64,000 nucleotides of DNA, taken from NCBI GenBank assembly GCA_963770565.1, contig CAVYQE010000001.1, forward strand, positions 448,001 through 512,000, given 5' to 3'. Made by a program: the position numbers and the translations under genes. Source of the stretch: an uncultured Actinomycetota bacterium (GTDB lineage: Bacteria > Actinomycetota > Actinomycetes > JAFAQI01). This document shows positions 37,590 through 47,101 of the stretch, piece after piece (within the stretch, counting starts at the first letter, position 1; every line of letters starts with the position of its first letter). Below the pieces are notes generated by a model, which was not told the origin of the DNA, did no database searches, and was given only the letters and a program-made list of their open reading frames with translations.

Positions 37590-38858
37590 ATGCACCTCAA
37601 CGCCGGTGACACCGCCTGGATGCTGACATCGACCGCTCTGGTGTTGTTCATGATGCCGGGGCTCGCGTTGTTCTACGGCGGGCTGGTGGGCGCCAAGAAC
37701 GTCGTCGCGACCATGGTCCAGTCGTTCATAGCGATCGGCCTGATCAGCGTGTTGTGGGCGGTCATCGGCTACACCTTGACCTTCGGCCCCGATCACGGCG
37801 GCGTGATCGGCGGCCTGCGCTACTTCATGCTGCACGACGTCACCGGCCAGCCGAACGCCTACGCCCCGACCATTCCGGCCTTGGTCTACATGGCGTTCCA
37901 GATGAAGTTCGCGGTGATCACGCCAGCGTTGATCGCGGGCGCCTTCTGTGAGCGGATGCGCTTCCGCGGCTATCTCGTCTTCATCGGGCTGTGGTCACTT
38001 TTCGTCTACTCGCCGTTCGCCCACGCAGTGTGGGGCGGCGGATTCCTCGGCAGTGGCGGCCTTCATGCGATCGACTTCGCCGGTGGCTCCGTCGTGCACG
38101 AGCTGGCCGGAGCAGCGGCCCTCGCGACTGCGTTGTATCTGCGCCGGCGGCACCAGCTCGAGCGACCGCACAGCGTGCCGCTCGTCCTGCTCGGTGCCGG
38201 CATCCTGTGGTTCGGCTGGTTCGGTTTCAACGCCGGCAGTGCGCTCTCAGCCGGGCAGGTCGCCGGCTATGCGTTGGTGAACACCCAGCTCGGAGCCTCG
38301 ACCGCGATGCTCGCCTGGATGGCGATCGAGTGGTGGCAGCGCGGCCGGCCGACCGGCGTCGGCATCGCGACCGGCGCGGTGGCCGGGCTGGCCGCGATCA
38401 CCCCGGCGTCCGGATACGTGCAGCCGTGGGCATCGATCGTGATCGGTGCCGCCGCTGGAGTCATCTGCTACGGCGCGGTGCACCTGAAGGACATCTTCCA
38501 TTACGACGACTCGCTCGACGTCGTCGGCGTACACATGGTGGCCGGCGCGATCGGCGTGGTGTTGACCGGCGTCTTCGCCAGCCTGGCGGTCAACGCGGCC
38601 GGGGAGGCCGGCGGATGGACGCAGCTCGGCCGACAGTCGGTGCTGGCTGTCATCGCGATCGCCTACCCGTTCGTCATGACCTGGATCATCTTGTGGATCA
38701 CCGACCGGGTCGTCGGCCTGCAGGTGAGCCCGGAGGTCGAGGAGCGCGGGCTCGACCTGGCCGAGCTCGGGGAGTCGGGCTACGAGTGGCCCCTGTCGGG
38801 CAGTGACACGACCGATGGCATGGTCGGCGCGGCGGGGGGCGCCCAGTCCGGCGGGTGA
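37590..38858 (+). CDS. amtB: Ammonium transporter
   Basis: GDTAW, PGLALFYGG, FQMKFAVITPAL, DFAGGSVVH, LWFGWFGFNAGS, DDSLDVVGVH. Confidence 0.95.
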   Translation: MHLNAGDTAWMLTSTALVLFMMPGLALFYGGLVGAKNVVATMVQSFIAIGLISVLWAVIGYTLTFGPDHGGVIGGLRYFMLHDVTGQPNAYAPTIPALVYMAFQMKFAVITPALIAGAFCERMRFRGYLVFIGLWSLFVYSPFAHAVWGGGFLGSGGLHAIDFAGGSVVHELAGAAALATALYLRRRHQLERPHSVPLVLLGAGILWFGWFGFNAGSALSAGQVAGYALVNTQLGASTAMLAWMAIEWWQRGRPTGVGIATGAVAGLAAITPASGYVQPWASIVIGAAAGVICYGAVHLKDIFHYDDSLDVVGVHMVAGAIGVVLTGVFASLAVNAAGEAGGWTQLGRQSVLAVIAIAYPFVMTWIILWITDRVVGLQVSPEVEERGLDLAELGESGYEWPLSGSDTTDGMVGAAGGAQSGG

Positions 38859-38871
38859 GCCGACGACAACC

Positions 38872-38926
38872 ATTTACCTAGGGTTTCCGAACCGGTCACC
38901 ATCGGTTGCCGACCCGGTCAACTTGC
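38872..38926 (+). promoter_or_regulatory. PHO box-like array of five degenerate 11-nt units
   Basis: ATTTACC/GTTTCCG/GGTCACC/GTTGCCG/GGTCAAC at 38872, 38883, 38894, 38905, 38916, just before a phosphoesterase gene. Confidence 0.6.
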
Positions 38927-38942
38927 GGGGAAGGCCGACCGC

Positions 38943-41843
38943 ATGTCGACTTCCAGCAGCCCATTCGCCACTGCCAACGCTGCTCGACCGCGCCACCGGA
39001 CCACGCGACGATCGCGCGCTGTCCTGGCGTCGGTGGGCGCACTCACCCTCGTGGCGGCCTCGATGGCCGCGGCCCTGCCCGCCGTCGCCTCGACCGCGCA
39101 CAACCGGGTACCCCGAAACGTCACGATCTCCAGCACCGGGCTGAAGCCCGGCCAGATCAAACACGTCTGGCTGATCATCCTGGAGAACAAGTCCTATGAC
39201 GCGACGTTCACCGGCCTCAACCAGAACAGCTATCTGTGGAAGACCCTGCCCAGTCAGGGGGTGCTGCTGAAGAACTACTACGGCACGGGGCACTCGAGCA
39301 TGGACAACTACCTCGCGATGGTGTCCGGGCAGGCGCCCGAGGAGGACACCCAGAGCGACTGCAGCGTCGCCGACACCAACTTCTCCAGCAACGCCGACAT
39401 CGTCACCGCCGGCGGATCGCTGCGGAACAACCCGAACTACGGCCAGGCCGCCTCGGCCGCGAACGCAGCCCAGCCGTCAGGTGCGAACGCGCCGAACGGC
39501 GCCAACGGCTGCACCTACCCGCTGGATGTGCCGACCCTGTTCAACCAGCTCGACGCCGCGGGTCAGACCTGGAAGGGCTACGCCCAGGACCTGCACAACC
39601 AGCCGAATCGTGAGGACGCCGTCTGCGGCGGCCCGGGCGAGGCGAGCAACAACCCGGACACCAACCCAACCTTCCTGACCCCGACCGCGAGTAACCCGTT
39701 GCCGCCCGGGGTCACCAGCTTCACCGGTGCCCAGGCCAACGACCAGTACGTCGCAAAGCACTTCCCGTTCCCCTGGTTTCACTCGATCACCGGCAGTGTG
39801 ACCTCGACCGGCACCACTCCTGGTCTGACCACGCCGGTCCAGGGCGGCACCGACTGCGACAGCGCGCACATCGCCAACCTCGACGACCCGAGCAACGGGC
39901 TGTTCCACGACTTGCAGCAGGCGTCGACCACGCCGGCTTTCTCCTGGATCACGCCCAACAACTGCAGCGACGCCCACGACGCGATCTGCAAGGGCAACAA
40001 CCTGTCCGGCTCGTTCACCTCGAGTGGTCAGCCGATCTACCAGTCCCCGACCCCCGACCCGCAGTCCACGACGCCGATCAACTTCACCGGCGGCCTGTAT
40101 GCCTCGGACCTGTTCCTCGAGTACTACATCCCGATGATCGAGAAGTCGCCGGCGTTCCGGAACGGCGGGCTGATCGACGTTACGTTCGACGAGGGGTTCC
40201 CGCCGTTCACCTACACCGGCAACAGCTTCAACAACGCGAACGCGTACGGCCCGACGCTGGGCGACCGGCCGGACGCGTCGTCGAGCCTCACCGCCGATTC
40301 CGCGGGGGAGTACCTGTTCGGGCAGAACGTGCACACCGAGCCGACCGGACCGAACTCCACCCTGGGCACCGACAGCAGCGGCAACCAGCTCTACCCCGGT
40401 CCCGGCAACAACACGTTCATCGACCGGCCACCGGCATGTACGTCGACCAGCCCGAACGTGCCGTCGGACTGCGTGCCGGGGATCGTCCGCGGCGGCTCCG
40501 GCAACAGCCCGGGCGCGCGCACGGACGCGGTGGCCGGCAACTCCTCGTCGAGCTTCGTCGAGGACAAGTCAATCGTCGCTGACGACACCGGCCGTCAGGT
40601 CACGGACACCACGGACAGCCCCGACCCGATCCCGGCGAACACCTTCGTCGGCGCGGTCAGCGACACCGGACCGGACTTCCCGACCAGCAGTTCCGGACAG
40701 GTCACGAACGGGTCGTTCCAGCTGGTCGACCAGAGCGGCAACCCGGTCACGCCGACCGGCACGGTCTCGAGCCTCACGCTGAGCGCCGAAGGCGATCCCG
40801 GTGACCTCGCTCCCGGCCAGACCGCGGACCCGCTGTGGGACGCCGCCCACCCGACCACGGGCGGTGGCGACACCGGCAGCGTGCTGATCAGCCCGCTGAT
40901 CCTGCCCGGCTCGGTCAGCACCACCTTCTACAACCACTACAGCTGGTTGCGGACGATGGAGGACATCTTCGGGGTGTCGCACGGGCATGATCACGCCCCG
41001 CTGCCGGCCGGGACGGTGTCCGGCGGCCTGGACGGCAACGGCCACATCGGCTACGCCGCTCAGCCCGGTCTCGCGCCGTTCGGCCCCGACGTGTTCAACA
41101 ACGCGCGGGGGTTCGGCGGTGGGCACGGCCACCAGGTCGCGGTCCCGTGGCTGCCGCTGACCACCGGCGGCGGCTTGGCGGTCGTGACGGCGCTGGGTCT
41201 GCTGGTCTGGTACCGCCGTGAGCGCCGGCTGGTCGCACCTGAAGGCCGTGCTGGCCACGTGAGGTTCCGAAGCCGCCGAGCCGTGCTCGGAGTGGCCGCC
41301 CTCGTGGCGGCCGCTTCGAGCCTGCTCGGTGTCGGCATCGCGGAGGCGGTTAGCGGGGCGAGCGGGCCCGGCGGCGGGTCATATGGCGCCTTGCCGGCGT
41401 ACTTGCCGACGTCGACGATCCAGCCCGACTCGACCCTGACCGGCTCGGCTGCGCACCCGGCGCTCACCTCGGAGGGCGACGCGGTCGAGGTGCGGCTACC
41501 GCACGGATCGGTGCTGGCAACCGTGTCGGGGCCGGTGGTGCCCGGTGAGGGCTTGCCCTACCAGGCGAGTGCGACGACCGCGACCTGGACGGTGACGCTC
41601 TCGCACGCCACCACCCGGATCCCGATCGACATCAAAGCGTTCAGCGCGATCGACGAGCAGGGCCGGATCTACCACCCGGGGCTGGTCCCCGGGCAGCGCC
41701 GTCCGCCGGGTGCGATCGGTCCGGGTCAGACCGTGCGGTTCGAGCTACGCCAGGTCGTCGCGGTCGGCGAGGGGATGATGCGCTGGGCGCCGGCGCACCG
41801 CGATCTGGTCGCCACCTGGGACTACGTGGTCGAGAACGACTGA
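38943..41843 (+). CDS. Secreted phosphoesterase (acid phosphatase/PLC family) fused to TM segments and an extra C-terminal domain
   Basis: IKHVWLIILENKSYD, HSSMDNY, KHFPF, ITPNNCSDAHD, TFDEG, YNHYSWLRTMEDIFG. Confidence 0.85.
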   Translation: MSTSSSPFATANAARPRHRTTRRSRAVLASVGALTLVAASMAAALPAVASTAHNRVPRNVTISSTGLKPGQIKHVWLIILENKSYDATFTGLNQNSYLWKTLPSQGVLLKNYYGTGHSSMDNYLAMVSGQAPEEDTQSDCSVADTNFSSNADIVTAGGSLRNNPNYGQAASAANAAQPSGANAPNGANGCTYPLDVPTLFNQLDAAGQTWKGYAQDLHNQPNREDAVCGGPGEASNNPDTNPTFLTPTASNPLPPGVTSFTGAQANDQYVAKHFPFPWFHSITGSVTSTGTTPGLTTPVQGGTDCDSAHIANLDDPSNGLFHDLQQASTTPAFSWITPNNCSDAHDAICKGNNLSGSFTSSGQPIYQSPTPDPQSTTPINFTGGLYASDLFLEYYIPMIEKSPAFRNGGLIDVTFDEGFPPFTYTGNSFNNANAYGPTLGDRPDASSSLTADSAGEYLFGQNVHTEPTGPNSTLGTDSSGNQLYPGPGNNTFIDRPPACTSTSPNVPSDCVPGIVRGGSGNSPGARTDAVAGNSSSSFVEDKSIVADDTGRQVTDTTDSPDPIPANTFVGAVSDTGPDFPTSSSGQVTNGSFQLVDQSGNPVTPTGTVSSLTLSAEGDPGDLAPGQTADPLWDAAHPTTGGGDTGSVLISPLILPGSVSTTFYNHYSWLRTMEDIFGVSHGHDHAPLPAGTVSGGLDGNGHIGYAAQPGLAPFGPDVFNNARGFGGGHGHQVAVPWLPLTTGGGLAVVTALGLLVWYRRERRLVAPEGRAGHVRFRSRRAVLGVAALVAAASSLLGVGIAEAVSGASGPGGGSYGALPAYLPTSTIQPDSTLTGSAAHPALTSEGDAVEVRLPHGSVLATVSGPVVPGEGLPYQASATTATWTVTLSHATTRIPIDIKAFSAIDEQGRIYHPGLVPGQRRPPGAIGPGQTVRFELRQVVAVGEGMMRWAPAHRDLVATWDYVVEND

Positions 41844-41846
41844 GTC

Positions 41847-42527
41847 TCAGCTGGCGAGGGAGCAGGATCGGCGCGGAGCGGCGCCCGGCTGTCCGGCGAC
41901 CGCCTCGTCGTAGCGGTCGAGGACGATCTCGGCCAGCAGCGGGTGGGCGCCGAGCGGAGCGGCGCGCACGGGCGAGCGGACGCCCGTGATGACGGCGGCG
42001 TAGCGGCCGGGACCGATCAGGTACGGCACGACCGCCTCGCCCGCCACCGTGGCGAGCGCCGGCTCGCCGGAGCCCGCGAACACCGCGCGGGCAGCAGCGC
42101 CGGTCAGCTGGGTGAGGGCGTGCGCGACCCGTCGTACGTCGTCGAGCGCGGCTTCGTCCGCGGATCCGGCGCCGACGACTGCGACGGAACGGCGCCCGTC
42201 CCAACCCGCCTCCCGCAACCGGTTGGCGAGCACGCGTGCGAGCCGCGGATCCGGTCCGATCGCGGCCGCGATCGTCGCCCCCGGCGCGCGGGACGGAATG
42301 TCGATGTGTGCGTGGTAGCCGTTGGTCAGCAGCGCCGGGACGACGACCGTGCCCGGGTCGGCGACATCAGCAAGGTCGGGCGGGCCGTGCTCGAGATAGC
42401 CGATCCGGACGTCGAGACCCGGGCGCGCGGACGCAACGGTCGACGCCAAGGTGGTGATGACCGCGTGGAACCCGGGGTCGGCGCTCCCGTGCGCAGCAAG
42501 CACGAGCGGCGCCGTGGCGCGCGTCAT
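41847..42527 (-). CDS. sirB: Sirohydrochlorin chelatase (SirB/CbiX)
   Basis: LAAHGSAD, GYLEHGPP, LLTNGYHAHIDIP; overlaps cysH stop. Confidence 0.85.
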   Translation of the reverse strand: MTRATAPLVLAAHGSADPGFHAVITTLASTVASARPGLDVRIGYLEHGPPDLADVADPGTVVVPALLTNGYHAHIDIPSRAPGATIAAAIGPDPRLARVLANRLREAGWDGRRSVAVVGAGSADEAALDDVRRVAHALTQLTGAAARAVFAGSGEPALATVAGEAVVPYLIGPGRYAAVITGVRSPVRAAPLGAHPLLAEIVLDRYDEAVAGQPGAAPRRSCSLAS

Positions 42528-43294
42528 CCGTGCAGTCCGCACTCCACTTTCGGTAGTCCGAGCCATCGGCCGGTCCGGCCCTCCCCGCGATGGGTGCAGG
42601 GCGCGCAGCCGATCGAGCCGTAGCCCTCCGACATCAGCGGGTTGACCAGGATGTCGTTGTCGACGATGTAGCGCTGGACGTCGTCGTGGGTCCAGGTCGC
42701 GAGCGGGTTGACCTTCACCATCTGGTGCCGCTCGTCCCACTCGACCACGCCGACGTCGGACCGCGTGGTCGTCTCGTCGCGCCGGATCCCCGAGATCCAC
42801 GCGACGTACGGCGCAAGGGCCTTGGCGAGCGGTGCGACCTTGCGCATCGCGCAGCACAGGTCGGGGTCGCGGGCGAACAGGTCCTGGCCGAACGCGGCGT
42901 CCTGGCCGGCGACCGAAAGGTGCGGCCGGACCCGGACCAGCTCGATCGGCAAGGTGGCGTCGAGCGCATCCGCGGTGCCGATCGTCTCGGCGAAGTGATA
43001 GCCGGTGTCGAGGAACAGCACCCGGATACCCGGCCGGACCGCGGCGGCCATGTGCGCCACCACGCCGTCGGCCATCGAGGAGGTGACGACGAGGCGTTGG
43101 CCGAACCGGTCGACGGCCCAGCGCAGCACTTCCTCGGCGGTCGCGCCTTCCAGTGCCGCGCCGGCATGCGCCGCTAGATGGGCGAGGCCGTCAGAGCTGT
43201 CATACAGATCTTGAAGCACGGTGGCCTCGTCGTGCAGGAACGACAGCGACGGTGCCGTTTGCGACGCTGCTGCCGTGGCAGTTGTGGTAATCAC
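42524..43294 (-). CDS. cysH: APS/PAPS reductase
   Basis: FLDTGYHFAET, CC..RKV.PL, GIRRDE, GYGSIGCAPCT, GRW...KVECGLH. Confidence 0.93.
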   Translation of the reverse strand: MITTTATAAASQTAPSLSFLHDEATVLQDLYDSSDGLAHLAAHAGAALEGATAEEVLRWAVDRFGQRLVVTSSMADGVVAHMAAAVRPGIRVLFLDTGYHFAETIGTADALDATLPIELVRVRPHLSVAGQDAAFGQDLFARDPDLCCAMRKVAPLAKALAPYVAWISGIRRDETTTRSDVGVVEWDERHQMVKVNPLATWTHDDVQRYIVDNDILVNPLMSEGYGSIGCAPCTHRGEGRTGRWLGLPKVECGLHG

Positions 43295-43336
43295 CCGATG
43301 TCCTCAAGGCAGTGGAAATGGTGCGGGCGCGTAGGT

Positions 43337-43417
43337 TCAACGCGCGCAACACACAGAGCTCTGAACGCGCTGCAGGTCGATGTGCAGGCGCGCTACCAGG
43401 AGCAGCTGCGAGGACAT
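43337..43417 (-). CDS. Cys-containing leader peptide (Ms4533A-like attenuator)
   Basis: MSSQLLLVARLHIDLQRVQSSVCCAR fits the RxHxDLxRxxSxxC pattern; 42 nt upstream of cysH; CAGACT-N6-ATG. Confidence 0.75.
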   Translation of the reverse strand: MSSQLLLVARLHIDLQRVQSSVCCAR

Positions 43418-43524
43418 ACAGGTAGTCTGCCATACGACGGGAAGGCCTGCCCAGCGCAGTGACCCCGTCCCGTCACGCGAGACAACGGCGTCTCCCTCCG
43501 CAGCCCGATCGGAAGCCTCGTCTG

Positions 43525-45168
43525 ATGCCACCACCACGCCGCAGCCCAGGCCAGGGCCAGTGGGCGCTCGGTCACCTCGAGCCGCTCACGCCTCAGGAGC
43601 GGATGAAAAAGGACGACGACGGCCTCAATGTCCGCGCCCGGATAGAGAACATCTACTCCAAGGCCGGTTTCGCCTCGATCGACCCTTCTGACCTGCGCGG
43701 GCGGATGCGCTGGTGGGGGCTCTACACCCAGCGCCGGCCCGGGATCGAGGGCGGCCGGACCGCGATCCTCGAGCCCGAGGAACTCGACGACGAGTACTTC
43801 ATGCTGCGGATCCGGATCCCCGGCGGGGCCATGACCAGCGAACAGCTGCGGGTCGTGGCCGGGATCGCGTCGGAGTTCGGCCGCGACTTCGCGGACGTCA
43901 CTGACCGGCAGAACATCCAGCTCCACTACATCCGGATCGAGGACGTGCCCGAGATCTGGCGGCGGCTGGAGGAGGTCGGGCTCAGCACCGGCGAGGCGTG
44001 CGGCGACACCCCGCGCAACATCCTTGGCTGCCCGCTGGCCGGCGTCGACGCCGACGAGGTCCTCGACGCCACCAAGGCGCTGGTCGAGATCAACGACCAC
44101 GCCCTCGGCAACACGGAGTTCTCCAACCTGCCGCGCAAGTACAAGACCGCGATCAGCGGCTGCCCGGTCCAGTGCACGGCGCACGAGATCAACTGCGTGT
44201 CGTTCGTCGGGGTCCGTCACGACGACGGCCGGGTCGGCTACGACCTGTGGGTCGGTGGCGGCCTTTCGACCAACCCCAAGCTCGCCCAGCGACTCGGGGT
44301 CTTCATCCCGCCCGGCGAGACCCTCGAAGCCTGGGTGGGGGTGACCCGGATCTTCCGCGACTACGGCTACCGGCGCTCGCGCAACCGGGCCCGGCTGAAG
44401 TTCCTGGTCGCCGACTGGGGTCCGGAGCGCTTCCGCGAGATGCTCGAAAGCGCCGAATACCTCGGCCACCGGCTCGAGGACGGGCCGGCGCCGGTCGAGC
44501 TGACCGGAGACCGCGACCATGTCGGCGTACGCCGGCAGAAGGACGGCCGCAACTACGTCGGTTTCGCCTTCCGAACCGGCCGGACCAGCGGCACGGAGCT
44601 CACCGCGATCGCGGACCTGGCGGACCAGCACGGCAGCGGCCGGGTCGCCGCGACGGTCGAGCAGAAGATGGTCATTCTCGACGTGGCGGACGACCAGGTC
44701 GAGGACCTGGTCGCGGCGCTCGAGGCGCGTGACATCGCGGTCCGGCCGTCGGCGTTCCGCCGCGGGATGATGGCCTGCACCGGGATCGAGTTCTGCAAGC
44801 TCGCGATCGTCGAGACCAAGGCCCGGGCGATCGACCTGTACGCCGAGCTCGACCGGCGGCTGCCGGACTTCGACACCCCGATCACGATCAACCTCAACGG
44901 CTGCCCGAACTCCTGTGCACGGTTCCAGGTGGGGGACATCGGGCTCAAGGGCATGATCGTCGACGACCGCGAGGGCTTCCAGGTGCACCTCGGGGGTGCG
45001 ATCGGGATGGATGCCGGGTTCGGCCGCAAGCTGCGCGGGTTGAAGGTCACCGCCGACGAGCTGCCCGACTACGTCGAGCGGGTGCTCCGCAACTACCTGG
45101 GGGATCGGACCGAGGGCGAGCGGTTTGCGACCTGGGTCCGGCGCGCCGACGAGGCCCTGGTCCAGTGA
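43525..45168 (+). CDS. sir: Ferredoxin sulfite reductase (nitrite/sulfite reductase family)
   Basis: GQWALG, RWWGLYTQR, TDRQNIQLH, ACGDTPR, LPRKYK, ACTGIEFCKLA, NGCPNSC. Confidence 0.93.
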   Translation: MPPPRRSPGQGQWALGHLEPLTPQERMKKDDDGLNVRARIENIYSKAGFASIDPSDLRGRMRWWGLYTQRRPGIEGGRTAILEPEELDDEYFMLRIRIPGGAMTSEQLRVVAGIASEFGRDFADVTDRQNIQLHYIRIEDVPEIWRRLEEVGLSTGEACGDTPRNILGCPLAGVDADEVLDATKALVEINDHALGNTEFSNLPRKYKTAISGCPVQCTAHEINCVSFVGVRHDDGRVGYDLWVGGGLSTNPKLAQRLGVFIPPGETLEAWVGVTRIFRDYGYRRSRNRARLKFLVADWGPERFREMLESAEYLGHRLEDGPAPVELTGDRDHVGVRRQKDGRNYVGFAFRTGRTSGTELTAIADLADQHGSGRVAATVEQKMVILDVADDQVEDLVAALEARDIAVRPSAFRRGMMACTGIEFCKLAIVETKARAIDLYAELDRRLPDFDTPITINLNGCPNSCARFQVGDIGLKGMIVDDREGFQVHLGGAIGMDAGFGRKLRGLKVTADELPDYVERVLRNYLGDRTEGERFATWVRRADEALVQ

Positions 45169-45353
45169 CCCAGCGGGCCGTCCCGTTCTACTGCCCCTAC
45201 TGCGGTGACGAGGACCTGCAGCCTTACGCCGACCATCACGGCGCCTGGTGGTGCCAATCGTGCCGCCGGGCGTGGTCGCTGTCGATGATCGGCACCGGCA
45301 CCCCGAGCCAGATCGCGGCGCAGGTCGCCGACGACGCCGAATCGACCCGCTAG
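45165..45353 (+). CDS. Small zinc-ribbon protein linked to sir
   Basis: RAVPFYCPYCGDEDL.P...W.C.SC.R; translationally coupled to sir. Confidence 0.75.
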   Translation: MTQRAVPFYCPYCGDEDLQPYADHHGAWWCQSCRRAWSLSMIGTGTPSQIAAQVADDAESTR

Positions 45354-45454
45354 CGCGCTCGTGAGCGAGCTGGGCCGATTCCGGTAGGTCGGCCTATTGG
45401 CGAGGCCGGATGGATCTGCCACGATGCGCGCAACGGGCGTGAGTGAGGTGGCGG

Positions 45455-45943
45455 ATGAGCGGCGAGGCCGGCGAGTGCATCGCCGTCGTCGTATATCGGG
45501 AGAACGGCGTCTGGCAGTCGGGCGTCCTGCCGGATCGGGTCGGGAGCGATCTCGACGGTCTGATCCAGGTGCTGCGCCAGCAGCCGGCGGAGAACGTCGC
45601 GATCGCGCTGGTCAACGTCGCCGACGAGTTCTTCGTCGCGGTGCGGATGCGCGGCGACGACGTCCGCCTGATGTTGTCGGACGTGACCGCCGCCGTCGAG
45701 TGGGATCTCGCCCGCCAGGTGGTCGAGCGGCTCGGCATCGAGGCGCCGAGTGACGACGGCCTCGAGGAGGTGTGGCCGGTCGGCGACGTCGCGATCTTTG
45801 CCGATCTCGGACTCGACGAGATGGAGCTCAGCGCGATGCTGGGCGATCTCGACGCGTACGCCGACGAGATGCTGTTGTCAGTAGCGGACCGGCTCGGCTT
45901 CGCCGAGGTCTACGACCGCGCACTGGAGGCGCTTCCGCGTTGA
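45455..45943 (+). CDS. tRNA adenosine deaminase-associated protein (copy 1)
   Basis: VYRENGVW, DEFFVAVR...VRLMLSD, P.GD..FADLG; upstream of tadA. Confidence 0.8.
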   Translation: MSGEAGECIAVVVYRENGVWQSGVLPDRVGSDLDGLIQVLRQQPAENVAIALVNVADEFFVAVRMRGDDVRLMLSDVTAAVEWDLARQVVERLGIEAPSDDGLEEVWPVGDVAIFADLGLDEMELSAMLGDLDAYADEMLLSVADRLGFAEVYDRALEALPR

Positions 45944-45980
45944 GTATTTTCAAGGTCGGTAACGACTTGAGGAGTGGCTC

Positions 45981-46508
45981 GTGACCTACGCCGCGGCGGC
46001 CCTTGCCCGCGTCGATGGCGCGTGGTTCGGCGACGAGCTCGACCTGGCGGACGTCGAGGATCTCGACGGCGTCGTCGAACTGCTTCGCGAGGTGGTCGGC
46101 GACGACGCCACCACCGCATTGCTCTTCGTCGAGGAAGACGATGAGTGGTTCGCCGTACTCCGGGTCGACTCCGACAACGAGCCGCGAGTGTTCGTCTCCG
46201 ACGCCAGGGTGATCGCGTCGAGCGACACTGCTGCGCTGTTCGCCGAGGCGGCGGTGGAGGTCAGCGTCGATGACGATGACGACGCGGACGAAGATGACGA
46301 GGCGGACGAGGAAGAAGACGCCGACGAAGGCACTCGCGCGGACGGCGACCCGACGGGCGACGCGACCCTGCTGGCCGATCTGGGCACGCCCGCACATCGG
46401 CTCCTGGAGCTGTGCGCCGAGGAAGGCCAGCTGCCTGCGGACGTCATCACGGCGCTCTGCGAGGCGGCCGGCTGCCTCGACGTGCTGGAGAAGCTTCGCG
46501 GCGTGTGA
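45981..46508 (+). CDS. tRNA adenosine deaminase-associated protein (copy 2, acidic tract)
   Basis: DEWFAVLRV...RVFVSDAR, D/E tract, P.GD..LLADLG. Confidence 0.8.
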   Translation: MTYAAAALARVDGAWFGDELDLADVEDLDGVVELLREVVGDDATTALLFVEEDDEWFAVLRVDSDNEPRVFVSDARVIASSDTAALFAEAAVEVSVDDDDDADEDDEADEEEDADEGTRADGDPTGDATLLADLGTPAHRLLELCAEEGQLPADVITALCEAAGCLDVLEKLRGV

Positions 46509-46960
46509 GTGCCGACGAGACGTCGATGCGCCTGGCGCTCGACGAGGCCCGGCAGGCGGAAGCCGCGGGCGAGGTCCCGATCGGTGCGGTCGTCGTCGAT
46601 GCCGGGGGCGAGGTCATCGGCGCGGGCCACAACCAGCGCGAGTCGAGCTCCGACCCGACCGCGCACGCCGAGGTGCTCGCGATTCGTGCGGCGGGCGCTC
46701 GGCTCGGCAGCTGGCGACTCGAGGGCTGCAACCTGTTCGTGACCCTGGAGCCCTGCACGATGTGTGCAGGTGCGATCGTGCTGGCCCGCCTCGACCGGCT
46801 GGTGTACGGCGCGATCGATCCCAAGGCCGGCGCGGTTGGCTCGCTGTGGGATGTGGTCCGGGACCGGCGGCTCAACCACCGGCCGGAGGTCGTGAGCGGC
46901 GTACTCGATGCCGAGTGCGGCGAGCTGCTGCGTGGGTGGTTCGACGCCAAGCGCGGGTAA
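46505..46960 (+). CDS. tadA: tRNA adenosine(34) deaminase
   Basis: GEVPIGAVV, DPTAHAE, VTLEPCTMCAGA, DPKAGA, RLNH. Confidence 0.92.
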   Translation: MSADETSMRLALDEARQAEAAGEVPIGAVVVDAGGEVIGAGHNQRESSSDPTAHAEVLAIRAAGARLGSWRLEGCNLFVTLEPCTMCAGAIVLARLDRLVYGAIDPKAGAVGSLWDVVRDRRLNHRPEVVSGVLDAECGELLRGWFDAKRG

Positions 46961-47101
46961 CGAACTGGGCCGCCGGCCGTCGTCCTCCGAGGTTCACATG
47001 ACAGACGGTCGAGAAGACCGGCTCGACCCTGCCGGCTCGCGTAGGCCTAGTCAGTCCCGGCCGCCGTCCCAGGGATGAGCGCGAACGTCTAGCCTCGTGC
47101 C

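Noticed and set aside
45165-45353. Insertion-sequence protein
   Set aside because: No transposase or terminal repeats; it is the small zinc-ribbon gene that normally follows sir
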